DNA of 38,454 nt from an uncultured Clostridia bacterium (GCA_946533615.1 CAMNBY010000320.1:1-38454); one strand, 5' to 3'; shown: positions 1 to 9,482, counted from the stretch's first letter. Notes: generated from the letters alone by a model not told the origin. Made by a program: numbers and translations.

Positions 1-1
1 G

Positions 2-259
2 CCCGAGGAGGACGCACAGATAAATGTTGCGGTGTCACTTTCGGGGCTGACCAAGCAGGACTACATCACCAACCGTCTGCTGTGCAGGGATATTGTGGTG
101 CAGGGCAATCCGAGAGTGTATAAGGCTCTGAAAGACCAGCTGGCTAAGGTTCTTGATGAATTAAAACGAATTGAGAATGGAGATGAGGTAGACGAAGATT
201 TGCTTGCCACTATAAATCTTATCACCGTTACCCTTGACGGAATGAAGCAAGAGAGCTAA
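2..259 (+). CDS. MobC-like ribbon-helix-helix mobilisation accessory protein, 5'-truncated
   Basis: Frame open from base 2 (PEEDAQINVAVSLSGLTKQDYITNRLL), RHH-like pattern, directly upstream of relaxase. Confidence 0.6.
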   Translation, partial: PEEDAQINVAVSLSGLTKQDYITNRLLCRDIVVQGNPRVYKALKDQLAKVLDELKRIENGDEVDEDLLATINLITVTLDGMKQES

Positions 260-380
260 ATTGTTTTTCTCAGGGCGTATGCCCTGCTTGATACCACGAG
301 CGTAAGCTCGTAAAAAGGTGTGCAGAGGAACGCTGCCGCAAAGGCTTTCGTTGGCTTTGTTCAGAAGCTGACGAAAGCAT

Positions 381-467
381 CTTTGCGTTACTTTCGCGAA
401 AGTAACAAAGGCGTTAGTGCGAAGCCCCGATGCTCGGAATGACAAAAGTTTTAGTGCCGTATGGCAC
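381..467. other. Candidate oriT inverted repeats
   Basis: Perfect 20-bp palindrome GTTACTTTCGCGAAAGTAAC (387-406) and hairpin GTGCC-GTAT-GGCAC (454-467) just upstream of the MobV gene, where oriT normally lies. Confidence 0.5.
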
Positions 468-485
468 AGCCGATGAAAGGAGCAA

Positions 486-1808
486 ATGCCTATAAAAAGA
501 ACAATAAGCGGACGTATCGGAAAAGGCAGCATAGGTCACGACAACAGGCTTTTCATAGCAAAAAACGTTGATGCGTCACGAACAGATCGGAATATTGTTT
601 TGGTGCGAGAGGATATCGAGCAGGTCTATCACGAGCTGTTTGACAAGCCGCTTGAAAAATACAATGCAAGACAAAAGCGAAAAGACCGCCGCATAAAAAA
701 CTACTATGAGCATATCCGCCGAAGCAAGCAGGAGAAGCCGTTCTACGAGGTGATTTTCCAGATTGGCAACAACGAGGACACCCGCTGCGGCACTCCTGAA
801 GCGGAGCTTACAACAAAGGCTCTGACCGAATTTGTGCAGAGCTTTCAGAAACGCAATCCGCAGCTGAGGGTGTTCAATGCGGTCATACACTTAGACGAGG
901 AAACGCCCCACGTTCACCTTGATTTTATTCCATTTGCGACAGGTCAGAAGAGGGGTCTGTCCACCCGCAACACTCTGACGGGCGCACTCGAACAGCAGGG
1001 GTACAAGGGCGAGGGAAAACTAAACACCTGCTCAAAACTGTGGATCGACAGCGAAAAGCAGGCGCTTGCAGATATTATGGGCAGCTACGGTATCGAATGG
1101 CAGCAGCTTGACACTCATGAGCAGCACCTCGATGTGCTTGATTACAAGAAGAAAATGCGTACTCGTGAAGTGGCGGTGCTTGAAAACAAGGTGCAGACGA
1201 CTAACAGCATTATCGAGAGAAGACAGCAGGTTTTGAATTCAGCCGACGAGGTGATAGACAGACTTGACAGGGAGTATGCCGAAAAGACCGATATGGTTGA
1301 GCAGCTTGATAACACCATAGCGGAGAAAACTGCGGAGCTTAGAGCTGTCGAGGAAAAGCTGACGGCAGATCAGCAGATGATACAGGTCTCTGCCGAAAAA
1401 GTGACTGCCCTCTTGGAGATAGATACAATTGAAGTAAAGCGTAAGGCGTTGGGGGATAAAGTGACTCTCTCGGCTGATGATTATGAAAAAGTCGCTGTCC
1501 TTGCAAAGAAACAGATAGCGACTGAAAACGATAAAACAGAAATGGCGGACGCTGTTGAGAGGCTGACCGAGGAGAATGACGAGCTTTTACAGAATGTCGC
1601 AAAGCTGCGGGAACTAAACAAGACGCTGGCATCGGAGAAGACTGCTTTGCAAAAAGCTGTGGACAGGCTGGAAAAATCGCTCAGGTCGGTGCAGGAGGAG
1701 ATTGGCTACTGGAAGTGGAAGTTTAACAAGGCTATGGAGTTTTTGGAGAGGCATAGTCAGAGAAAGAAGTGGGAGGAGTGGGTAGGTAAGAGGAATAGGG
1801 GGAGATGA
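486..1808 (+). CDS. MobV/Mob_Pre family relaxase (plasmid recombination enzyme) with C-terminal coiled coil
   Basis: N-terminal H-x-x-R motif (GHDNR), HLDEETPHVHLDFIP motif, AAGGAG RBS. Confidence 0.9.
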   Translation: MPIKRTISGRIGKGSIGHDNRLFIAKNVDASRTDRNIVLVREDIEQVYHELFDKPLEKYNARQKRKDRRIKNYYEHIRRSKQEKPFYEVIFQIGNNEDTRCGTPEAELTTKALTEFVQSFQKRNPQLRVFNAVIHLDEETPHVHLDFIPFATGQKRGLSTRNTLTGALEQQGYKGEGKLNTCSKLWIDSEKQALADIMGSYGIEWQQLDTHEQHLDVLDYKKKMRTREVAVLENKVQTTNSIIERRQQVLNSADEVIDRLDREYAEKTDMVEQLDNTIAEKTAELRAVEEKLTADQQMIQVSAEKVTALLEIDTIEVKRKALGDKVTLSADDYEKVAVLAKKQIATENDKTEMADAVERLTEENDELLQNVAKLRELNKTLASEKTALQKAVDRLEKSLRSVQEEIGYWKWKFNKAMEFLERHSQRKKWEEWVGKRNRGR

Positions 1809-1813
1809 AAAGG

Positions 1814-1842
1814 GCCGAAGGATTCGGTGGGAGTCCTTCGGC
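1814..1842. repeat. Hairpin repeat copy 1 (GCCGAAGGATTC-N5-GAGTCCTTCGGC)
   Basis: Arms identical to copy at 2928-2956; lies between convergent genes, may act as terminator. Confidence 0.85.
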
Positions 1843-1848
1843 GTACTC

Positions 1849-2853
1849 TTATATCTTATTTTCCGAGTAGATCAAAGATTTCACAAACTTACCATTCCTA
1901 TCTATACTCAACTGGTATATCCTTGGAATGCCTGCTTCTTTCGCAAGAGAAATAATCAAATTCTTTTCAGATGATCCTGTGCGGATTCCAATAATAACAC
2001 TGTTTGGTCTTCGGTTCATTTGGGGCCTTTGTCTTTTTATATCTTGCGATGTCATAATAAACGGATGGAGGATTCTCCATTCTTTATCATGCTCGTGACA
2101 TTTATGCTTGATTAGTCCAATACGTTCATAGTGCCAGTTCAATGTAGGAATATTACTTAGTATATACGTTTGCAAAACAGGATTCAAAGATAATGCAAGT
2201 AATTGAAATGCTATTTTTTTAGCGTAATCAGATGCATTATACTTGCTATTTGAATAATAAATCGGATAAAGAAAGTAATTGTGCTTTATTCCATTATCAT
2301 TATAAAGAAGAAACTCATCGGTTACTTGGTATTCTAAAGCAAATCCTTTGTGCTCTGATGCATATTTTAGCCAGAGGACTTCGTTGTTACATTGTTCTGT
2401 GAAACAGATTGAAAGCTGTCTCTTTTGTATTTCTGCTCTTGCTTCCTTTAAAACTGTTGTGCTAAAATCTATCCATTGATCGGATGTCATTGACTTTATT
2501 GCTGCCACCATTGCCTTTACGGTGTCTTCAGGAAGATTAAATGTTGTTTGAATAGAGGTGGCGATTTTTTCAAGTTTTACCGTATCATGATATTCAGCTT
2601 GAATTTGTTTTGCAACAAGATCCCAATCTATATGAGTAAAAGAATCAAAAGGATCATCATAATGATCTGCTGTAGAAAAGAACATTGTATTGGTACGAAG
2701 GCTTTCAAGTGAGTTAATTGTAACAGGTCGAAATCTATAAAGATATTTAGGCATTTTTATAGTTTTACGGAGTATCTCTGCTTCATGATTAATATCTATT
2801 CCTTGTAAAGAACATAATGTATCCCAAAATATTTTTCTATCCTTGTTATTCAT
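1849..2853 (-). CDS. DUF2971 domain protein (putative defence gene)
   Basis: LYRFR, DDPFDS, SICFTE..N..LW..YA..HKGFALEY, EWRI motifs; own promoter TTGAAA(2919-2914)-17-TATAAT(2896-2891). Confidence 0.8.
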   Translation of the reverse strand: MNNKDRKIFWDTLCSLQGIDINHEAEILRKTIKMPKYLYRFRPVTINSLESLRTNTMFFSTADHYDDPFDSFTHIDWDLVAKQIQAEYHDTVKLEKIATSIQTTFNLPEDTVKAMVAAIKSMTSDQWIDFSTTVLKEARAEIQKRQLSICFTEQCNNEVLWLKYASEHKGFALEYQVTDEFLLYNDNGIKHNYFLYPIYYSNSKYNASDYAKKIAFQLLALSLNPVLQTYILSNIPTLNWHYERIGLIKHKCHEHDKEWRILHPFIMTSQDIKRQRPQMNRRPNSVIIGIRTGSSEKNLIISLAKEAGIPRIYQLSIDRNGKFVKSLIYSENKI

Positions 2854-2927
2854 GTAATCCCTCTTTTCACATATTATTTGGCTTGCAATTATTATACCAT
2901 AGTTTCATTCTTATTTCAAGTGATAAA

Positions 2928-2956
2928 GCCGAAGGATTCTGCGTGAGTCCTTCGGC
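2928..2956. repeat. Hairpin repeat copy 2
   Basis: Same 12-bp arms as 1814-1842, different 5-nt loop (TGCGT vs GGTGG). Confidence 0.85.
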
Positions 2957-3038
2957 TTGATTATGTAAATTCAGCAGTAATAGCCCTGTACATTCTCGTT
3001 CTTTCATATCAAAAACAAGAAAACATTATAAAACGGAC

Positions 3039-3067
3039 TTGAAAAAGGCCGGATGATATGATATAAT
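3039..3067 (+). promoter_or_regulatory. Sigma-A promoter of R-M operon
   Basis: TTGAAA-17bp-TATAAT with TGn extended -10. Confidence 0.7.
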
Positions 3068-3150
3068 AAATAAGATATTATGTAAAGTATACCCCAAAAT
3101 ACTTATGTGAGATTTGAGCAACACCAGAGTTCATCAAGGAGAGCTTAACC

Positions 3151-4341
3151 ATGATTGATAACAACTTAACGATGATTGACTTGTTTGCTGGCGCAGGTGG
3201 TCTATCTGAAGGTTTATCTGAGGCTGGTTTTCATAGTATTTTTGCTTCGGAAATTGTAGATACCTATGCCAACACATACAAAATAAATCATCCTGGTTCA
3301 AAAGTGCTTACTGCTGATATTAGATCAGTTGATGCTAATAAAATTCGTATAGAATTAGGCATAGAACGTGAGTCTTTAGATCTTATTGCTGGTGGCCCTC
3401 CTTGTCAAGGCTTCTCAATCAACGCTCCGATTCGTAGCGTATTGGATCAGAGAAATCATTTATTTAAAGAATACCTTCGTTTTGTGGATGCTTTTGCGCC
3501 AAGAGCAATTCTGATTGAAAATGTGCCTGGGCTTGTTTCATTTGAACATGGTGCTACATTACACGCAATTTTAGAAGCTTTAGCTGAATTGGGTTATGGT
3601 GCGGATGTTAGAATCCTTGGTGCTGCATATTATGGTGTTCCTCAAATGAGATGGCGCACGATTATTCTTGGGTTAAGAGGGAAAAAGCTCCCATCACTGG
3701 CTTTTCCTGAGCCGGTTTTTCATGCACCAATTAAACCGAATTTCACCACAACTTTTGACGGACAAACTTTATTGAAGCTTCCAGCAGCTGAAGCATCTGT
3801 CCACTTTACAACGGTTGAGGAAGCCATCGGTGATTTACCACCGTTAAAGGCAGGTGAACGTGGCTCGACGGTTAAGGAGTATTATTGCGAGCCGTTTTGT
3901 GATTATCAACGTAGAATGAGATGTGGAAGTAGTGGCGTTTATAATCATGAAGCACCAAGACTATCAAAAGAAAACTTACAAAGACTGCAATATATTAAAC
4001 CCGGCGGAAACTGGACTGATATTCCAGACGAGCTTCTGCCAAAAGGAATGCAAAAAGCTCGAAAGTCTGATCATACCAAAAGGTATGGACGTGTGATGCC
4101 GAATGGTTTAGCTTCAACAATACTTACAAAATGCGATCCGCACTGGGGGGCATTCTTCCACTATTCTCAGGAACGGTCATTTACCGTTCGAGAAGCCGCT
4201 CGCATCCAATCTTTTCCTGATCATTATGTATTTACTGGATCTCAAAGCGAACAATTTGCTCAGGTTGGAAATGCGGTTCCTCCTCTTCTTGCCGAAGCAG
4301 TTGGTTTAGCTCTCAAATCGATTCTAAAGGAGGGTGAATAA
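3151..4341 (+). CDS. DNA (cytosine-5)-methyltransferase of a type II R-M system
   Basis: DLFAGAGG (I), GGPPCQGFS (IV), ENV (VI), QxRxR (VIII), REAARIQSFPD and QVGNAV (IX/X). Confidence 0.97.
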   Translation: MIDNNLTMIDLFAGAGGLSEGLSEAGFHSIFASEIVDTYANTYKINHPGSKVLTADIRSVDANKIRIELGIERESLDLIAGGPPCQGFSINAPIRSVLDQRNHLFKEYLRFVDAFAPRAILIENVPGLVSFEHGATLHAILEALAELGYGADVRILGAAYYGVPQMRWRTIILGLRGKKLPSLAFPEPVFHAPIKPNFTTTFDGQTLLKLPAAEASVHFTTVEEAIGDLPPLKAGERGSTVKEYYCEPFCDYQRRMRCGSSGVYNHEAPRLSKENLQRLQYIKPGGNWTDIPDELLPKGMQKARKSDHTKRYGRVMPNGLASTILTKCDPHWGAFFHYSQERSFTVREAARIQSFPDHYVFTGSQSEQFAQVGNAVPPLLAEAVGLALKSILKEGE

Positions 4342-4343
4342 AA

Positions 4344-5279
4344 GTGTCAGGATTTATAGCTGAATTCTTTGGATATAGCGCCGAGGATACTTCTTCAATT
4401 GCAGGTTCGACTGCTGCACGACAGATATGTCCTTTTTTAGGAAGTCAGTGCACAAAAATACTTTCGCGTGACAGAATTGCTGCCGGTGTTTGTGCCGTAA
4501 GACAAAAGACTGAAGGTTCTCCTGATGTTATTTGTTGTCCCATTAGAATATATGCTGATGATTATAAAATGTTAAAAACAATAACGTCCAAGGCATTTAA
4601 TGCAGATATGAACCTATATGCGGGAAGAATCGCAGTTCAAAAAGCCAAAGACGAAGGAGGAGCAATCGCCGTTTTTGGACATGGTTGGGGCGGAGAGTTG
4701 CGATTGCCACAACGTAAAGGCACAGGATCCTATTTTGTAGATTGGGTTCTTGCCAGATTAGACGAGAATGGTGAATTAGTAGAGTTCACCGCAATTGAAG
4801 TTCAAACAATTGATACTACCGGAAATTATCGTACGGCACGAGAAAATCTTTTAAATGGACGGCACATTACCAGTGATACAGTCGGATTAAACTGGGAAAA
4901 TGTATCTAAAAGGATTATACCTCAACTGATATATAAAGGACAAGTGCTTCAAAGAGAAGACTTATGTAAAACAGGTCTATATTTTGTGTGCCCACAGCCA
5001 GTCTATGAAAGAGTATTAAATCGTCTTGGCGGAAAAGAAAAAGTGCCCATATTTCCTTCGCAACCTGCTTCAATCCATTTTGTTTCATACGATTACTTAA
5101 ACGAGGATAAGAATGATGGTACGATTCGTCCATTAGGAATCATAGAGGAACATTGCACAACTGTTTACAAGGTACAAGAAGCATTCTCTTCCCTCAATCT
5201 GCCAGAAGGGAATGTTTATCGTGATGCTATAAGGTTTTCGCTGTATGGCAATGAAGATAATACACCCTCTTCAATATGA
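4344..5279 (+). CDS. NotI/EagI-family type II restriction endonuclease
   Basis: Cys4 metal site (CPF..CTK, GVC, CCP), D...EVQ catalytic motif, IDTTGNY, LNWENV; GTG start 2 nt after MTase stop. Confidence 0.85.
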   Translation: MSGFIAEFFGYSAEDTSSIAGSTAARQICPFLGSQCTKILSRDRIAAGVCAVRQKTEGSPDVICCPIRIYADDYKMLKTITSKAFNADMNLYAGRIAVQKAKDEGGAIAVFGHGWGGELRLPQRKGTGSYFVDWVLARLDENGELVEFTAIEVQTIDTTGNYRTARENLLNGRHITSDTVGLNWENVSKRIIPQLIYKGQVLQREDLCKTGLYFVCPQPVYERVLNRLGGKEKVPIFPSQPASIHFVSYDYLNEDKNDGTIRPLGIIEEHCTTVYKVQEAFSSLNLPEGNVYRDAIRFSLYGNEDNTPSSI

Positions 5280-5315
5280 TACCTCACAACTAATTAACCT
5301 AGCTAGATTAATGGC

Positions 5316-5498
5316 GTGTATGCTCGCACTGCATACGAACAGCAGCAGGGTATCTGCCCAATATGTAAAAAGCACTTTGATTTCGAGAAAATGCACGCCG
5401 ATCATATCACACCCTGGCACGCAGGCGGTAAGACCGTTCCGGAGAATTTGCAGATGCTTTGCAGGGATTGTAATTTGAAGAAGTCGGGGCAGGAATAA
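5316..5498 (+). pseudogene. HNH endonuclease C-terminal remnant (resembles the tail of DUF262/GmrSD-HNH proteins)
   Basis: CPIC..ADHITPW..GG.T..NLQMLC..CN motif, only 60 aa, no clear RBS. Confidence 0.65.
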
Positions 5499-5520
5499 TA
5501 GAATATATAGTCGAATTCCC

Positions 5521-5549
5521 TTGAAATAATACGGGTATTGTGGTATAAT
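5521..5549 (+). promoter_or_regulatory. Sigma-A promoter of ATPase-TOPRIM gene
   Basis: TTGAAA-17bp-TATAAT with TGn. Confidence 0.7.
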
Positions 5550-5627
5550 GTAGATATACTTGATAACTGCGTTGTTTCAGGGGATTTTTTGCCTATTTGT
5601 TACTTAAAAACACAAGGAGGAGTTAAA

Positions 5628-7634
5628 ATGTATCTAAAAAAGATGGTTTATAAAAATGTTGGTCCTCTCGAAAATATTATCATAAATATGCCTTTCAACT
5701 CTGTTGGATTACCCAAGCCAATAATCTTAGTTGGTGAAAATGGAAGCGGAAAGTCCACTTTATTGTCGAATATAGTTGACTCCTTTTATGAAATGGCTGG
5801 TACCGCTTTTACAAATGTTCGTGTATCAGATACTGGGCATTCGTATAAATACTATAAAATAATAAGTCCTTCACAAATAACATTTGGAAATCAGTACTTA
5901 TACTCATATATTCAGTATACTGATTCTGTAGATTATATCTTTAAGTGTGGAAAAATAACTTTTGAGGAATTTAAGGAGAACTGTGAGCAATCTCCATTTT
6001 TTGGTTCTTGGGGAAATGAAAATAACATAAAAGTTACTTCTATAACAAAGGAACAAGCAGAAAAAATCTTTTCAGAGAACATCTTTGCATATTTTGGACC
6101 TGATCGATATGAAAAGCCAAACTGGATGGGGGAAAAGTATTTTGATATATCAGATTACGAGCATCCATATACAGCGCCTCATTATAACGGAACTCTTATC
6201 AATCCTATCAGTGTGAATAATGTAACTGCTACCAATCTTCAGTGGCTTTTGGATCTTATTGTTGATTCAAGAGCAGATATTTATTATGATGGTAATAGCT
6301 TTAACTTAACGCATTATCCAAATGGCAATATAAACAATTATATTGCTTTAGGAAATTGTAGGAAGCAAATCGAACGAATAATGAGTCAAATAAAGAACCA
6401 GGAAGTTTACTTCGATTTAAACATCCGAAACAATAGCGGATCAAGGTTCAATATCAAAAAAGTTAGCAATAATGAGCTTATAACTCCACAGCTGGATGCT
6501 TTATCTACAGGAGAAATAGCCTTATTTAATATGTTTTCAACGATAGTTAAGTATGCAGATAAACTTGAAATCAGTAATAGCATACATCTTAAAAATATAA
6601 CAGGAATTGTCATTATAGATGAAATTGAACTTCATCTTCACGGTTCTATGCAGAAAGAGGTGTTGCCAAAACTTATAAAGCTGTTTCCTAAAGTACAATT
6701 TGTTATTACAACTCATTCTCCACTGTTTTTATTAGGAATGAAAAATGAATTTGATGATGATGGGTTTGAAATATATCAATTACCAACCGGTACTCAAATT
6801 ACAGCGGAATCATTTTCAGAATTCCAACGAGCTTTTGATTATATGACGGAAACTCAGCACTATCAAAAAGAGGTACAAAAAACTATACAAGACGCCACTA
6901 ATACTAAGCCTCTAATCATAACTGAAGGTTCAACTGATTGGAGACATATTAAAGCAGCATATAATGCTTTATCATCTAAGTCAGAGAATGAATCTCTTTT
7001 TTCAGATATGGATTTTGAGTTATATGAATACGATCCTACTGGTGATAAATACAAAGATTCTCCGCTTCAAATGGAAATGGGGTGGTCTACACTTTGTACA
7101 ATATGTGAGAGCTTATCGAAAATCAAAAGGAATCAAAAAATCATTTTTATTGCTGACGACGATGAACCTAATGCAACAAAAAAGCTTAAAAGCTCAACTA
7201 ACAGATATAAGAATTGGGGAAATAATGTTTATTCTATCCTATTGCCAATTCCACAACACAGAACAGAAACACCATTAATAAGCATTGAGCATTACTATAC
7301 TGATGATGAAATAAAAACAGAAGTATCTATTGGAGGAATATCCCGTAGATTATTTATGGGAAATGAATTTGATAAAAGAGGAATAAATAGTATTCATTGC
7401 TTGAACTGCGATCGAAAAGAGAAGTGTGGAAAAGATAAAATAAATATTATTGATGGTACTTCCGGTGAAAGAATAACTCACTTTGATAATGCTGATGTCA
7501 ATTTAGCGTTGCCCAAAATGGAGTTTGCACAGAGAATACTTAATAAAGAACCACCTTTTGATAATTTCAATTTTGATTCTTTTATAGAGCTATTTGAAAT
7601 AATAAAAGAGATTCTTGAATTACCGTTAGTGTGA
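5628..7634 (+). CDS. ABC-type ATPase fused to TOPRIM nuclease (OLD-like), putative anti-phage protein
   Basis: Walker A GENGSGKS, signature LSTGE, Walker B IIDEIELHLH, TTHSP; TOPRIM ITEGSTD and ADDD; start reassigned to ATG 5628 after AAGGAGG. Confidence 0.85.
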   Translation: MYLKKMVYKNVGPLENIIINMPFNSVGLPKPIILVGENGSGKSTLLSNIVDSFYEMAGTAFTNVRVSDTGHSYKYYKIISPSQITFGNQYLYSYIQYTDSVDYIFKCGKITFEEFKENCEQSPFFGSWGNENNIKVTSITKEQAEKIFSENIFAYFGPDRYEKPNWMGEKYFDISDYEHPYTAPHYNGTLINPISVNNVTATNLQWLLDLIVDSRADIYYDGNSFNLTHYPNGNINNYIALGNCRKQIERIMSQIKNQEVYFDLNIRNNSGSRFNIKKVSNNELITPQLDALSTGEIALFNMFSTIVKYADKLEISNSIHLKNITGIVIIDEIELHLHGSMQKEVLPKLIKLFPKVQFVITTHSPLFLLGMKNEFDDDGFEIYQLPTGTQITAESFSEFQRAFDYMTETQHYQKEVQKTIQDATNTKPLIITEGSTDWRHIKAAYNALSSKSENESLFSDMDFELYEYDPTGDKYKDSPLQMEMGWSTLCTICESLSKIKRNQKIIFIADDDEPNATKKLKSSTNRYKNWGNNVYSILLPIPQHRTETPLISIEHYYTDDEIKTEVSIGGISRRLFMGNEFDKRGINSIHCLNCDRKEKCGKDKINIIDGTSGERITHFDNADVNLALPKMEFAQRILNKEPPFDNFNFDSFIELFEIIKEILELPLV

Positions 7635-7642
7635 AAAAGCAC

Positions 7643-7671
7643 TTGACAACCGCCCCAATCTGCGCTATAAT
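7643..7671 (+). promoter_or_regulatory. Consensus sigma-A promoter facing out of the island
   Basis: TTGACA-17bp-TATAAT; no ORF before the terminator at 7885-7926. Confidence 0.75.
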
Positions 7672-7845
7672 ACCAACTAAGGAGCAAGTCGCCTGACGTA
7701 TTGCTTCACAAGCCGTTATCACCCCGATAACACCCTGATAACACACCACCCTCAAGCAGGTATAGTACTTATCAAATGAAATAATCAGAGCCAAAAGCCA
7801 TCATATTCTCTGAACAAAAATGTTTAGAAATGATGTGGTTTAGCT

Positions 7846-7857
7846 GAGTGGGAGTGA
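7846..7857 (+). other. Probable attR core: duplicated 3' end of guaA (E-W-E-stop)
   Basis: GAG TGG GAG TGA matches the conserved IEWE* end of GMP synthase, a known island hotspot; followed by an orphan terminator; composition shifts here. Confidence 0.7.
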
Positions 7858-7884
7858 TCCCCTCACAAAGCACAGATCAAATAA

Positions 7885-7926
7885 CGGCCGTCTGATCCGT
7901 TCAAGGGTCAGGCAGCCGCCTTTTTT
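7885..7926 (+). terminator. Rho-independent terminator (likely the original terminator of the target gene)
   Basis: CGGCCGTCTGATCC / GGGTCAGGCAGCCG stem plus T6. Confidence 0.65.
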
Positions 7927-8045
7927 GTTTTCCGGCGGGATAGGGAAACAGACACGGGTGCGGACGCGGAGCCTGCACCTTGACTTTTTTATAATAATGT
8001 ATTATAATTATAGTCGGACTCTCAAAAACAAACGGAGGTCGTGTA

Positions 8046-9407
8046 ATGAACGATGAAACTCGCCGCACTCCCGCAGGGTCGGCTGCCGACAGCGGGAACA
8101 ACGGAGTTAAGGATAAATATCAGCTTGAATTCGAGGCGCAGATGAAGCACTTCCAGCGCCTTGCAGGCCCCGACGAGGAGTACTCCCCCTTCGAGGACCC
8201 CAATCTTTACCAGACGGATATACCCGAGGCACCCGAGCCTGTCATCAGGACTCAGGCTCAGCGTGCTGAAACTCAGGCACCCGCAAGGCAGCCCGCAAAG
8301 AAGGCAAAGAGCTCCTCACACAAAAAGAAGAAAGGAAAAACCGCTATGAGCCGCCAGCATCAGGAGCATATCGACCGCAGCGAGCCGCTGAAATTCGGCG
8401 CTGCAAATACCGATGCCATCAACGCCAAGCGCAAGCACCCCGTAAGGACGTTCTTCATCGTCCTGTTCATAATAATACTTGTGCTGGCTCTGCTGCTGCA
8501 CATACTTATCTTCCGCTATCTCGGAAAGGTCACATATCTCAAGGACGAGGATCGCCGCTACACAAATGCCTCGATGAAGTCCGAGGACGTTCTGAACGTT
8601 CTGGTCATCGGCTCCGACACGAGGAACGCCGACGAACGCGGCAGAACAGACTCGATCATTCTTCTCTCGATCGACAAGGAGAAAAAGCGCACAACGATGA
8701 CGTCCTTCATGCGCGACAGCTATGTGCTGCTTCCCGACTACGACCTTGACGGCGACGGCACGACCTACGGTCAGGGCGACTGGTGCAAGCTGAACGCCGC
8801 ATACGTCTACGGCGGCGCAGAGCTGCTGATGGACACCATCGAATACAACTTTGACATCGCAGTTGACAAATATGTTTATGTGGATTTCTTCTCCTTCATC
8901 GACATAGTTGACTCTGTCGGCGGCATCGAGCTTGACATCACCGACGAAGAGGCCGAGGGCATGATACCTCCTATGCGCGAGCAGAACGAGTACCTTGGCA
9001 ACGAGAAGGGCACCGACTACCTTGAAAAGGGCGGCAGAGGGCTCAAGGTCAACGGCAACCAGGCTCTGGCTTACGCAAGGCTGAGATACGTCGGAAATGC
9101 AGACTTCCAGCGCACCGAAAGACAGCGCACCGTCATGAACAAGATACTTGGCAAGGCCCGCGACCTGTCGCTGCTCGACACAGACAAGTTCATCTGCACC
9201 TGCGCCGAGAACGTTCAGACAAATATGACCAAAGGCGAGCTTTACCTGCTGCTTTACAGGCTGCCCTTCGTGATGAAGTACGAGACCGACCAGATGCGCA
9301 TACCGAGCGACGAGGCCTACTCCTACGGCACGGGCTACGACGGCTCGAGCGTGCTGATCGTTGACTTCGACCAGAGCAAGGACGAGCTTCGCCGGAAGAT
9401 CTATTGA
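8046..9407 (+). CDS. LytR-CpsA-Psr (LCP) family cell-wall glycopolymer ligase
   Basis: TM segment then NVLVIGSD, RTDSIIL, SFMRD, KLNAAY, ALAYARLR, DFQRTERQR; promoter TTGACT(7980)-17-TATAAT(8003). Confidence 0.95.
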   Translation: MNDETRRTPAGSAADSGNNGVKDKYQLEFEAQMKHFQRLAGPDEEYSPFEDPNLYQTDIPEAPEPVIRTQAQRAETQAPARQPAKKAKSSSHKKKKGKTAMSRQHQEHIDRSEPLKFGAANTDAINAKRKHPVRTFFIVLFIIILVLALLLHILIFRYLGKVTYLKDEDRRYTNASMKSEDVLNVLVIGSDTRNADERGRTDSIILLSIDKEKKRTTMTSFMRDSYVLLPDYDLDGDGTTYGQGDWCKLNAAYVYGGAELLMDTIEYNFDIAVDKYVYVDFFSFIDIVDSVGGIELDITDEEAEGMIPPMREQNEYLGNEKGTDYLEKGGRGLKVNGNQALAYARLRYVGNADFQRTERQRTVMNKILGKARDLSLLDTDKFICTCAENVQTNMTKGELYLLLYRLPFVMKYETDQMRIPSDEAYSYGTGYDGSSVLIVDFDQSKDELRRKIY

Positions 9408-9429
9408 CAAGAAAACTCTAAAGACAGAG

Positions 9430-9469
9430 AACGGGCATCCTCCCGAACGGAGAGGATACCCGTTTTTTT
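9430..9469. terminator. Terminator between convergent LCP and SGNH genes
   Basis: AACGGGCATCCTC / GAGGATACCCGTT stem plus T tract. Confidence 0.8.
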
Positions 9470-9482
9470 GCGCTTGCGGCGT

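Larger units (their letters stand above)
1..7857. mobile_element. Right part of an integrative mobilisable element / defence island (left end and integrase outside the window)
   Basis: MobC-like and MobV genes, AT-rich defence cargo, abrupt switch to GC-rich host-like sequence after ~7860, att-like GAGTGGGAGTGA at 7846-7857. Confidence 0.8.

Noticed and set aside
3045-3061. Methylation-controlled R-M promoter via GGCCGG in the spacer
   Set aside because: Does not match the guessed CGGCCG target and specificity is unproven
5316-7860. Retron or Septu/Gabija system (ATPase, HNH, possible ncRNA)
   Set aside because: No reverse transcriptase or UvrD helicase in the window; HNH is a fragment upstream of the ATPase's own promoter
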